DNA of 32,000 nt from Nonlabens ponticola (GTDB taxonomy: Bacteria; Bacteroidota; Bacteroidia; Flavobacteriales; Flavobacteriaceae), in NCBI RefSeq assembly GCF_003966335.1, contig NZ_CP034549.1:930001-962000 (forward strand), read 5' to 3'. A program made the translations under genes and the position numbers. Below, piece after piece: positions 15,375-23,949 of this stretch. Every line of letters begins with the position of its first letter. Position 1 is the first letter of the stretch. The notes below the pieces were generated by a model. That model saw nothing but the letters and a program-made list of their open reading frames with translations. It did not search any database and had not been told where the DNA came from.

Positions 15375-15854
15375 CTAATGGTAATCGATTTTGTCGAGTT
15401 CCTGCTCATAATCGTACTGTAAGTCCTCATGTAAGGTCGAGATACGCACCTTAATAAGGACGATTTGCCGCTGCACAATATCCCTTACAATTTTAAGGCG
15501 CAGTAAAGATGGATGCGTCTCTTGCAGACTGTAGCAAAAATGAATCAACAGGCTTACCTCTGTCTCCTTGCTGCCTGAATAGCGCACATATTTTTTGGTT
15601 TCCTTGAGTATGCGACGCACTGCTTTTTTTGCATAATAACCATTGCTGGTGTTGATGGCGAGTAGCTTCTCGTCAATTAATTTCTTGACATTCTCAATAT
15701 ATTCTTCCTCATGGTGCGCTTCAAAAAGCAGGTAACTCAGCAGCTCCTTATTCTCCTTTTTGAATCTTGATAGCCGTAAAATGATCGCACGCAACTCATC
15801 ATCTGTGCGATACTTGAGTTCATCGCGCACCTCTTTGGCCGTGGCAGTTTTCAT
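15375..15854 (-). CDS. hypothetical protein
   Basis: 159 aa with ATG start. It is basic and helical with no motif I recognise. It sits between mgtE and the dehydrogenase on the same strand. Confidence 0.5.
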   Translation of the reverse strand: MKTATAKEVRDELKYRTDDELRAIILRLSRFKKENKELLSYLLFEAHHEEEYIENVKKLIDEKLLAINTSNGYYAKKAVRRILKETKKYVRYSGSKETEVSLLIHFCYSLQETHPSLLRLKIVRDIVQRQIVLIKVRISTLHEDLQYDYEQELDKIDYH

Positions 15855-15873
15855 GTTGTGAAGATAGTGGGAA

Positions 15874-15895
15874 TTACGCTTTCGCGAAAGCTAAC
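15874..15895. repeat. palindromic element copy 4 (TTACGCTTTCGCGAAAGCTAAC), intergenic
   Basis: It lies 11 nt downstream of the mgtE stop codon (15907-15909) and 20 nt upstream of the next start (15854). It is identical over 22 nt to copy 6. Confidence 0.9.
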
Positions 15896-15906
15896 AAACC
15901 CACCAA

Positions 15907-17256
15907 CTAGATACCAATGATGGCCTTTGCAAGTAGGAAATAAATAAGAATACCAAAGATGTCGTTGCTGGTCGTGATAAAAGGACCTGTCGCGAGTGCA
16001 GGATCGATACCGCGCTTATGTAAAAAGAGCGGAACAAAAGTCCCGATAAGGCCAGCGACAATAATAACACAAAACAGTGAGGTAGAAATAGCGATGGATG
16101 TAAGGATCTCGCCTTGAGCAAAATAGGTGTAAACCAGTAGCAGTAAGGCCAAAATCACACCGTTGAGCATGGCAAGCAAGACTTCTTTAAGTAAACGGCT
16201 AGAAATGCTGCCGCGCAAATCATCATTTGCAATACCTTGAACGATGATTGCACTGGATTGAACGCCCACATTTCCTGCCATCGCGGCGATGAGTGGTGTA
16301 AATAAAAACAGCACGGCATACTCTTCAAACAAGGACTCAAACTGGCCCATAATCGCAGCAGCACCTATACCACCGACTAGTCCTAGAACAAGCCAAGGCA
16401 ATCGCGCTCGTGTCAAATCGAGAATACTGTCATTTGCCTCGACATCCTGCGAGATACCCGATGCGAGTTGGTAGTCCTTTTCAGCTTCTTCAGTAATAAA
16501 ATCTACTATATCGTCAATGGTAATACGGCCTACAAGTCTGTCTAGCTCATCTACCACGGGTATGGCTTCCAGGTCATATTTACGCATAACGCGAGCAACC
16601 TCTTCGCCAGATGTGTTGACATTGACGTAATCCACTTTGGGAATATATACATCCTTGATAGGTGTGGTCTCAGCACTTGTGAGTAAGTCCTTGAGAGAGA
16701 GACGACCTTTTAGTTTTTGTTGATTGTCCACCACATAAATGGAATGGACTCTGGTAACGTTTTCCGCCTGTGCGCGCATCTCGCTTACACAACCGGTAAC
16801 GGTCCAGTTTTCATTCACCTTTACCAATTCTTTTGCCATCAGTCCACCAGCGCTATTTTCATCATAGCGCAATAGATCTACTATGTCTTCTGCATGTTGC
16901 TCGTCACCCATATTTGAGATGACTTCTTGAGCGAGAATATCTGGCAGCTCGTTTAGGATATCGGCGGCATCATCGGTATCCATTTCTTCTAGCTCGTCGG
17001 CAATTTCCTTAGGTGATAACTCATTGAGAATACGGTCTCGTTGGTCTTCATCAAGTTCCATGAGAGCCTCAGACGTGGTCTCGCTATCCAGCAACTTGAT
17101 GATGAAAATTGCTCGCTCTAGATTGAGATCGTCAATGATCTCAGCAATGTCAGCAAAGTGCAAATCCTCTAATATCGCCTTGACGCGAGCGCTATCACCT
17201 TGATCGATGAGTTGTTCAAGGTCTGTGATAAAGTCTGGTGTTACTTGAAATTGCAT
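15907..17256 (-). CDS. mgtE: magnesium transporter MgtE
   Basis: 449 aa. It has an N-terminal MgtE_N acidic helical domain, tandem CBS domains, and a C-terminal 5-TM domain with PLIAAMAGNVGVQSSAIIVQG and GPFITTSNDIFGILIYF. Confidence 0.92.
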   Translation of the reverse strand: MQFQVTPDFITDLEQLIDQGDSARVKAILEDLHFADIAEIIDDLNLERAIFIIKLLDSETTSEALMELDEDQRDRILNELSPKEIADELEEMDTDDAADILNELPDILAQEVISNMGDEQHAEDIVDLLRYDENSAGGLMAKELVKVNENWTVTGCVSEMRAQAENVTRVHSIYVVDNQQKLKGRLSLKDLLTSAETTPIKDVYIPKVDYVNVNTSGEEVARVMRKYDLEAIPVVDELDRLVGRITIDDIVDFITEEAEKDYQLASGISQDVEANDSILDLTRARLPWLVLGLVGGIGAAAIMGQFESLFEEYAVLFLFTPLIAAMAGNVGVQSSAIIVQGIANDDLRGSISSRLLKEVLLAMLNGVILALLLLVYTYFAQGEILTSIAISTSLFCVIIVAGLIGTFVPLFLHKRGIDPALATGPFITTSNDIFGILIYFLLAKAIIGI

Positions 17257-17276
17257 GGGCGTGAGGTACTAGCTCA

Positions 17277-17284
17277 CAAATATA
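17277..17284 (-). promoter_or_regulatory. Bacteroidota -7 promoter box TATATTTG
   Basis: The reverse complement of caaatata is TATATTTG, 21 nt upstream of the mgtE ATG (17256). Confidence 0.45.
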
Positions 17285-17311
17285 ACTTTTGACCTGCGAT
17301 TAAGAACATAA

Positions 17312-17353
17312 AATGCTGGACAGGATGAGCATTGTACCATTTTGTCCAGCATT
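17312..17353 (-). terminator. hairpin terminator downstream of SDR gene
   Basis: An 11-bp perfect stem, aatgctggaca (17312-17322) with tgtccagcatt (17343-17353), and a 20-nt loop. On the minus-strand transcript it is followed by TTTTATGTT. It begins 31 nt after the stop at 17385. Confidence 0.5.
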
Positions 17354-17384
17354 ATCTAAAATCAAACTGTCTGCGAGTCGCTCT

Positions 17385-18221
17385 TTAAGACTTATAAATT
17401 GCGCCAGCAGCTATTTCACGATGAGCATCGAGATCTGCCTGGACGCTGTCAATTTTCATTTGTATGGTGACTAGTGCTGTTTTACCTAATGGCAATCGTA
17501 GTGATGGGTTATCTGAATTAACCAAATTTATTATAGCAAGCGCGGCTTTATTAGGATCGCCTTCTTGCTTACCATCAACACCTTTGAGTTTGTTTCTAAA
17601 TGCTCCAGCGGTATCGTTATAATCTTCAATAACCTTGTCGGCCTCCATAAGATTGCTGCTAGCAAATCGTGTACGGAATGGTCCTGGCTCGACCATAGTT
17701 AACTTAATACCCAGTGGTGCAATTTCTTGCGCCAGCGCTTCACTAAAACCTTCTAATGCAAACTTACTGGCATTATAAATTCCAAAACCTGCAAAGGCCT
17801 TCAAACCGCCATGCGATGAGATTTGAATAATGTGTCCCGATTTTCTATCACGCATGTATGGCAATACAGCATTTGTGAGATTGAGTACGCTGTAAAAATT
17901 AGTTTCAAATACTTTTCTCGTTTCAGCGATCGAGGTTTCTTCAACTGCGCCAATAATTCCGATTCCAGCGTTGTTAACCAGCACATCAATGTTTCCAAAC
18001 TGCTCGATGATATTCTTAACGGCTGGTGCTATTTCATTTTCCTGGGTGACGTCAAGGGTGATGGCATGACCTTTATCTTCATATTTTTTATTGAAGGCTG
18101 AGGTCTGCGATTCCTTTCTAAAAGTACCTACTACAAAATCTCCAGCGTTCATAACCTGTGTGGCAAGTGCTTCACCCAATCCACTCGATATACCTGTGAT
18201 AAACCAAATTTTCTTTTCCAT
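17385..18221 (-). CDS. SDR family oxidoreductase
   Basis: 278 aa with classical SDR motifs TGISSGLGEA, NNAG and YNASK. Confidence 0.85.
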   Translation of the reverse strand: MEKKIWFITGISSGLGEALATQVMNAGDFVVGTFRKESQTSAFNKKYEDKGHAITLDVTQENEIAPAVKNIIEQFGNIDVLVNNAGIGIIGAVEETSIAETRKVFETNFYSVLNLTNAVLPYMRDRKSGHIIQISSHGGLKAFAGFGIYNASKFALEGFSEALAQEIAPLGIKLTMVEPGPFRTRFASSNLMEADKVIEDYNDTAGAFRNKLKGVDGKQEGDPNKAALAIINLVNSDNPSLRLPLGKTALVTIQMKIDSVQADLDAHREIAAGAIYKS

Positions 18222-18225
18222 GTTT

Positions 18226-18882
18226 CTATTTTAATGAGTTAATAATATCAGTTGCTTCTACACGATTGCGGTAATCGCCTCCAGTTGATGCTGCAAAGGT
18301 TACTTTATGATCCTGATCAATAATAAAAACTGCTGGCACTGGAATCTCACGTGAGTCATCTGCATAATGGCTGTCAAAGTCAAATCCCAAATTTGTCATG
18401 GTATCTATTGGTTGATCAGCGTTTTTAAATACCTGGGTAAAATTTCTAGCAACCATATTACCATTGTCACTCAATACATGAAAATCTAGCTCGTTCTTTT
18501 CCTTTATGTTCATCGACTCATCTGGTGTTTGTGGAGAAACAGCTACAAGCTGTGCATTATGCTTGGTAAAATTATCCATGTGTTGCCTATAGTGAGATAA
18601 CTGTAGATTGCAGTAAGGGCACCACGTGCCTCGATAAAAAACCAGGATCACACGACTTTCTTCCAGCAGGTCGTACAAACGCACCGTTTCATTTGCAGCG
18701 TTTGATAGTGAAAAGTCAGGAGCTGTATCTCCTGTTTGCAATTTTAAAATGGATTGTTGTGATGCTTGCAATTGGCTCGCATCGTTGTCAAATACCTCAA
18801 GTGCGTCAGCCGGTAGCATCTGTGTGAGGTTACCGCGCAAGGTTTTCAAGTCTTCTTTGTAAGAGTTGTGTGTATCGCTCAT
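18226..18882 (-). CDS. peroxiredoxin-like / AhpC-TSA family redoxin
   Basis: 218 aa. It has a thioredoxin-fold motif FYRGTWCPYCNLQL, and its length and context are typical of peroxiredoxin-like family proteins. Confidence 0.7.
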   Translation of the reverse strand: MSDTHNSYKEDLKTLRGNLTQMLPADALEVFDNDASQLQASQQSILKLQTGDTAPDFSLSNAANETVRLYDLLEESRVILVFYRGTWCPYCNLQLSHYRQHMDNFTKHNAQLVAVSPQTPDESMNIKEKNELDFHVLSDNGNMVARNFTQVFKNADQPIDTMTNLGFDFDSHYADDSREIPVPAVFIIDQDHKVTFAASTGGDYRNRVEATDIINSLK

Positions 18883-18967
18883 AATTATAGATTTTTAAAC
18901 GATACAAATATGCAGGCTGTGCGCAGCCTATAAAATGAACTATACCAGTAAATTGAATTGAACTAGT

Positions 18968-19555
18968 TCAAGATTCTTGAGCAACGCGCTTGCGTATTTT
19001 ACTCAAAAACTCAGCTGTCATGCCTAGGTAGGATGCAAGCATATATTGCGGCACGCGCTGGACAATATTGGGGTAGAGTTTTAGAAATTCAAGATAGCGT
19101 TCTTGTGCAGTATTATTAAGATTTGACAATACACGGCGCTGGGAATAGGCAAATGACTTTTGGGCAACAAGTCTAAAGAATCGCTCAAATTTATGGTTGC
19201 TGGCACACAATTGTTCTGTGTCCTCATAGGATATTTGATGTACAATACAGTCTTCTAGTGCCTCTACAAATAGAGATGCTGGTTCTTGATTTACATAACT
19301 ATTAAAGTCGCTGATAAACCAGTCTTCTACAGCAAATTGGATGGTGTGTTCCATACCTGCATCGCTTATGAAATAACTGCGCAACGCACCTTTTTTCACA
19401 TAAGTTTGATGATGACAAACAAAATTGGGCTGCACGATAAACTGCCTTTTTTTTACTCTTGTCGTGCGCAGTAAGCCAGTGAATTCACGCTCATCTCGCT
19501 CATCGAGATCAACATACCTTTTGATATTGTTTAATATGTTTTGATAGTCTTGCAA
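18968..19555 (-). CDS. Crp/Fnr family transcriptional regulator
   Basis: 195 aa. It has a cNMP-binding-like N-terminal beta-roll and a C-terminal HTH (RVPQYMLASYLGMTAEFLSKIRKR). It starts at TTG with no in-frame ATG upstream. Confidence 0.75.
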   Translation of the reverse strand: MQDYQNILNNIKRYVDLDERDEREFTGLLRTTRVKKRQFIVQPNFVCHHQTYVKKGALRSYFISDAGMEHTIQFAVEDWFISDFNSYVNQEPASLFVEALEDCIVHQISYEDTEQLCASNHKFERFFRLVAQKSFAYSQRRVLSNLNNTAQERYLEFLKLYPNIVQRVPQYMLASYLGMTAEFLSKIRKRVAQES

Positions 19556-19561
19556 GATAAA

Positions 19562-20410
19562 TCACTGGCTTTTTTCAATTTCCTCAATTTCAGTCGTCAA
19601 CTTCACAAACTCATCTACTGATATCTGTTCAGGTCGCAGGCTAAATATTTCTTGCTCACGCATCTCGTCTGGCAAATTCATGGATTTGAGCGAATTGCGT
19701 AGCGTTTTGCGACGTTGCTGGAATGCCAGTTTTACCACCTGTCGCAGCTTGTCATAAGAGCAGGATAGCTGGTCGTGATTTTGTTTTCGCGTAAGCAATA
19801 AAACTCCACTATGCACTCTTGGTGGTGGATCAAAAACCTCTGGGCCAACGGTAAATAGATAATCGGCATCATAATATGCTTGCGTCAAGACAGAAAGAAT
19901 ACCATATGTCTTGGAGCCGTGATCTGCACAAATGCGTTGTGCCACTTCCTTCTGGAACATACCGCCAAATTCTGGAATCTGTTCTCTATTCTCAATGGTC
20001 TTAAAAACAATTTGTGTACTGATGTTGTAGGGAAAGTTACCAACGATGGCAAAAGGCTCATCGCCAAAAATCTGGCTCAAATCCTGCTTTAAAAAGTCGG
20101 CTTCCAGCACTTCAAAGGTGGCTGGCGAAACGATTTTTTGATGCTCTATAGGAAAGGAGTGTTTCAAGTAAACCACGGACTCACTATCCAGTTCCATCGC
20201 GGTGACCTTGATGCCTTTTCTTATCACATGCTTAGTCAACACACCAGTTCCTGGACCTATTTCTAGAACCTGGTCATAGCCATTGTAGGTTAAGCAATCT
20301 GCAATGCGCACAGCAATGCTCTCATCCTTAAGAAAATGCTGTCCTAGGTGCTTTTTGGCAGTGACGCCTTTGTCTTGCGAGGTGTATTTTTTGAACTGTT
20401 TTTTAGCCAA
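19562..20410 (-). CDS. rsmA: 16S rRNA (adenine1518/1519-N6)-dimethyltransferase
   Basis: 282 aa. It contains KKHLGQHFL, the SAM motif [12 protein letters not shown] and GNFPYNIST. It starts at TTG. Confidence 0.9.
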   Translation of the reverse strand: MAKKQFKKYTSQDKGVTAKKHLGQHFLKDESIAVRIADCLTYNGYDQVLEIGPGTGVLTKHVIRKGIKVTAMELDSESVVYLKHSFPIEHQKIVSPATFEVLEADFLKQDLSQIFGDEPFAIVGNFPYNISTQIVFKTIENREQIPEFGGMFQKEVAQRICADHGSKTYGILSVLTQAYYDADYLFTVGPEVFDPPPRVHSGVLLLTRKQNHDQLSCSYDKLRQVVKLAFQQRRKTLRNSLKSMNLPDEMREQEIFSLRPEQISVDEFVKLTTEIEEIEKSQ

Positions 20411-20476
20411 GGCTTGAAGTTTTCTAGTGGGAAAAACTATAAGGTAATGATTAAATCGCTATAGCAAGAGCAATCG

Positions 20477-20806
20477 CTAATTCATATTCCCATGAACGCG
20501 ATACTCGTCGATCATTTCCAACTCGGTTCTAAAGGATAGCACTCGATCGCCAAAACGTCCAGCGGCAATCTGTCGCATCCTGGCATCATGCTTCTCATAA
20601 AATAATTCCAACGCCTCGCGACTGGTAGACTTATACTGGATCGAAAAAGTGCTGCTGTCATCTTCTTCTTCAACCAGAACTCTCGTGAGCCTGGCATCCA
20701 TAAAAAGACCTGTTCCCAATACTTGTGCGATATGTTCTCGCACCCATTCCAGCCATTCATTTTCTAGTGACTTATGCATGTTGCTCGTCACGTTATATAT
20801 AATCAT
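20477..20806 (-). CDS. DUF4286 family protein
   Basis: 109 aa beginning MIIYNVTSNM...EWLEWVREHI. This small conserved Bacteroidota protein pattern is recalled from memory. Confidence 0.55.
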   Translation of the reverse strand: MIIYNVTSNMHKSLENEWLEWVREHIAQVLGTGLFMDARLTRVLVEEEDDSSTFSIQYKSTSREALELFYEKHDARMRQIAAGRFGDRVLSFRTELEMIDEYRVHGNMN

Positions 20807-20808
20807 AC

Positions 20809-22599
20809 TTATGTCTCGTTTGTTTCAAAATCACCTCGCAGCTTGCGATATCGACGTCTTGCATCGATAAAGAAGATGCTATCTGCATGATTATAGATGA
20901 TTTTCTCATATAATTCCTGCGCTTTTTCTGGCATTATTAATTTGCTCTCAAACAGCAACGCCAGCTCGTATAAAGCATCGTCTGCTAGGATGCCGTCGCC
21001 ATAAAATTCTATGAGTTTTTCATAGTTTTTTCTCGCCAACTCATTCTCGCCCTGCAATTCAAATAACTGCGCTTGCCTTAATAGGGCTTCATCCTCGATG
21101 GGATCGCCTTTGTGGTCTTGCAGTAAACTCGAGTACATGGATAAGGCTTGCTCGTTTTTGTTTTGGTATTGTTTTAGTTCCGCTTTCGCGAAAGCTGACA
21201 ACGCAACATAGGTCGTGTCATGCATCGAGTGATCACTTATGGTCAAGCTCAACTGCATGGCGTCATTGGCAATCAATTTACTGGCAGCATTACGCAAAAC
21301 CTTGAGTTGGGTAAGGCTCCATTTAAAGTCGCCCTGATAATAGCTGGTGCGCGCTACCTTAAATTGTGATTCTTGAGCGAGATCAGAGTTGGGTAAATCG
21401 TTTGGTATCTGGCTGTACAGTATCAGTGCGCGATTAAACTGTTCTTTGAGCACGAGAATATCTGCCAGCAGCATCTTGACATTGGCTTTTTGAAACTTGC
21501 CCTGAGGCTGGTTTTTAAGATCAGTCAATAAATCAATCGCTCTATCTGGCTGGTCTGCCTTAAACGCTAGGAATCTGGCATAGGCCTGTTGTAAACTGAA
21601 GGACCGCGCATCTCGACCATAGAGATCTAGTAGCGACTGATAGTCTGCATCAATTTGTGCGTACTCGTCAACGGTTGCTTGATCGGTGCGTATTTGTAAG
21701 ATGAGTACCTGGGCGACATACTTGATTTGGGCAACCTGGGTTTCCTCGACGACATAGTTCAAGATGTTGCTAGCTGCGTCATAGTCTTTATTGCGATAGG
21801 CATCGACCGCAAGATTTTGCAAACGCTGGATGCTTTCCTTATCACGATTGTATAGTGCTTTTTCCTGTACAAAAGCCGCATTGTAATCCTTTTGCTGGAC
21901 AAAAAGCCAACTCAATAATTCATTGTAGATAGCTCGTGGTTGTTGGCGAACTCTGGTAAGCAGCACTTTTCTTAGCTCTTTATTACTAGTATTGGCAGCA
22001 TCATCGGTGATATAAATCGAAAAAGTGGCTTGTGCTCGTGGCAGGTAGCCTTCATTTTTCTCGATAAGGTCCACGTAACTAGCAAACATCTTGTCCAGCT
22101 TACCTTGCTCGCCATACAATCTCGCCACTTGAAAGCTGTAATTGTACTTCTCGTTTGCCGCCATGGCACGCTCATAGGATTCAATGGCTTGAGGTAGCAG
22201 GCTGCGCTTCTCGAACTCTTTGGCGATCATCATACCTGTATTGGGCAGGCTATCAACGCTTTCAAGTGTCTCATTGTAATAGGCAGCGGCAAGTGTGTCC
22301 TGACCTTGCAAGGTCAAATTATAACCACGCAATAAAGGGAAAATCGTTTTTGCACGCACAAATTTTTCACCTGCATCCAGTAAACTATCAACAATCGTGT
22401 AGTTCTCGAGTTGCTGTTGCATCTCGACCATGCGTTTCAAGAAGTTGATGTTTCTCTTATTCTTTTGGTACGCCTTGCTGTAAATAGCATAGGCTTTGTC
22501 GTATTCACCTTGATCTGCATAGTTTTCTGCCAGCTGCAAGTTTTGCCCTGCGAGTGTGTAGCTGGTTGCCAGAAATAATACGATCAACAAGTACTTCAT
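20809..22599 (-). CDS. secreted tetratricopeptide-repeat protein
   Basis: 596 aa. Signal peptide MKYLLIVLFLATSYTLA, then repeated TPR-like helices (AENYADQGEYDKAYAIYSKAY and others). It carries palindromic element copy 5 in frame. Confidence 0.7.
   Translation of the reverse strand: MKYLLIVLFLATSYTLAGQNLQLAENYADQGEYDKAYAIYSKAYQKNKRNINFLKRMVEMQQQLENYTIVDSLLDAGEKFVRAKTIFPLLRGYNLTLQGQDTLAAAYYNETLESVDSLPNTGMMIAKEFEKRSLLPQAIESYERAMAANEKYNYSFQVARLYGEQGKLDKMFASYVDLIEKNEGYLPRAQATFSIYITDDAANTSNKELRKVLLTRVRQQPRAIYNELLSWLFVQQKDYNAAFVQEKALYNRDKESIQRLQNLAVDAYRNKDYDAASNILNYVVEETQVAQIKYVAQVLILQIRTDQATVDEYAQIDADYQSLLDLYGRDARSFSLQQAYARFLAFKADQPDRAIDLLTDLKNQPQGKFQKANVKMLLADILVLKEQFNRALILYSQIPNDLPNSDLAQESQFKVARTSYYQGDFKWSLTQLKVLRNAASKLIANDAMQLSLTISDHSMHDTTYVALSAFAKAELKQYQNKNEQALSMYSSLLQDHKGDPIEDEALLRQAQLFELQGENELARKNYEKLIEFYGDGILADDALYELALLFESKLIMPEKAQELYEKIIYNHADSIFFIDARRRYRKLRGDFETNET
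21178..21199. repeat. palindromic element copy 5 (TTCCGCTTTCGCGAAAGCTGAC), inside TPR protein CDS
   Basis: On the coding (minus) strand it is read GCT TTC GCG AAA GCG GAA = AFAKAE (22599-21195=1404, in frame). The protein shows ALSAFAKAELKQ. Confidence 0.9.
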
Positions 22600-22604
22600 G
22601 TATG

Positions 22605-23876
22605 CTAGTCTATTTTATCAAAGCCGCAATATGGTTTTAGAACCTCAGGAATGTGAATGGAGTTCTCATCCTGATAGTTTTCTAGTATCGCTGCGAGTAT
22701 GCGAGGTAACGCCAATGCACTACCGTTGAGCGTATGAGCTAATTCTGTGCCATTATCACCATTCCTATAACGCAGCTTGAGCCTGTTTGCTTGGAACGTT
22801 TTAAAATTAGAAACGCTACTCACTTCCAGCCATTTTTCTTGTGCTGCGCTGTAAACCTCAAAGTCATAGGTTAGAGTAGAAGTAAAGCCCAAATCGCCAC
22901 CGCATAATCTCAATATGCGATAGGGCAATTTTAATTCTTCCAAAATTCCCTTGACGTGTACAACCATTGCATCAAGAGCACCATCACTTTTATCCGGATG
23001 CTCGATACGCAGTATTTCTACTTTGTCAAATTGGTGTAGCCTATTAAGTCCGCGTACATCGCTACCATAACTACCAGCCTCACGACGGAAACATGGTGTG
23101 TAACCTGTCATCGCGATAGGCAGTGCTTTTTCTTCTAGCAAATCGCCACGATATAAGTTGGTGATAGGAACTTCGGCAGTTGGAATCAAGTATAGATCCT
23201 CATTGCCTATGTGATACATCTGACCTTCTTTATCTGGTAGTTGACCAGTACCGTAACCACTCGCTTCATTCACCACATGAGGAACCTGCATTTCTTTATA
23301 ACCAGCGCGAGTATTATAATCTAAAAAATAGTTGATCAAAGCTCGCTGCAATCGTGCACCTTTATCCTTGTAAACAGGAAATCCAGCACCTGTGATTTTA
23401 TTCCCTAGTTCAAAATCAATGATGTCATACTTTTTTGCTAGTTCCCAATGTGGCAGTGCATTATCATCCAACGATGGTTTTTCACCATGCTCAGAGACGA
23501 CCTCATTATCTTCATCGCTGTTACCAGCCGGCACCGATTCCTGCGGTATGTTAGGAATGGTAAAAAGAACGTCCTGCAATCTTGAACTTGCCTCGTTGAG
23601 CTGGTCGCTTAGGTCTTTTGATTTTGCCTTGAGCGCACCTGTAGTTTCCTTGAGCGCATTTGCTTCATTTGCTTTACCGCTCTTATAAAGCTCACCTATT
23701 TGCTTTGATAATTTATTACTTTCTGCTAGCGTCTCGTCAAGTTGTGCCTGCAAGGATCTTCTATTCTCATCGTGCAACAACGCTTCTTCCAGCATAGGAA
23801 TAGCATCAATATTTCTTTTGGTAAGAGCTTTTGCAAACTCATCCTTATGCTCGCGTATGGCAGCAATCTGTAACAT
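22605..23876 (-). CDS. serS: serine--tRNA ligase
   Basis: 423 aa with an N-terminal coiled-coil arm and class II aaRS motifs (TGYTPCFRREAGSYG, GSALALPRILAAILENYQ). Confidence 0.93.
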   Translation of the reverse strand: MLQIAAIREHKDEFAKALTKRNIDAIPMLEEALLHDENRRSLQAQLDETLAESNKLSKQIGELYKSGKANEANALKETTGALKAKSKDLSDQLNEASSRLQDVLFTIPNIPQESVPAGNSDEDNEVVSEHGEKPSLDDNALPHWELAKKYDIIDFELGNKITGAGFPVYKDKGARLQRALINYFLDYNTRAGYKEMQVPHVVNEASGYGTGQLPDKEGQMYHIGNEDLYLIPTAEVPITNLYRGDLLEEKALPIAMTGYTPCFRREAGSYGSDVRGLNRLHQFDKVEILRIEHPDKSDGALDAMVVHVKGILEELKLPYRILRLCGGDLGFTSTLTYDFEVYSAAQEKWLEVSSVSNFKTFQANRLKLRYRNGDNGTELAHTLNGSALALPRILAAILENYQDENSIHIPEVLKPYCGFDKID

Positions 23877-23949
23877 GTTGTGATAATATTATTGAAAAAG
23901 TAAAATTAACGATTAACTGTGTAAACCCGGCTCAAGAGCCGTTCTACTT

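Noticed and set aside
17257-17384. Possible M-box (Mg2+) riboswitch upstream of mgtE
   Set aside because: The leader from the -7 box (17277-17284) to the ATG is only about 20 nt, far too short for an M-box. The rest of the spacer is occupied by the terminator hairpin of the upstream SDR gene.
23877-23949. T-box or other leader upstream of serS, and a terminator after the HTTM gene
   Set aside because: The spacer is 73 nt, too short for a T-box, and T-boxes are not a Bacteroidota feature. The small hairpin cggctc/gagccg (23928-23941) has essentially no loop and no U-tract, so I did not call it as a terminator.
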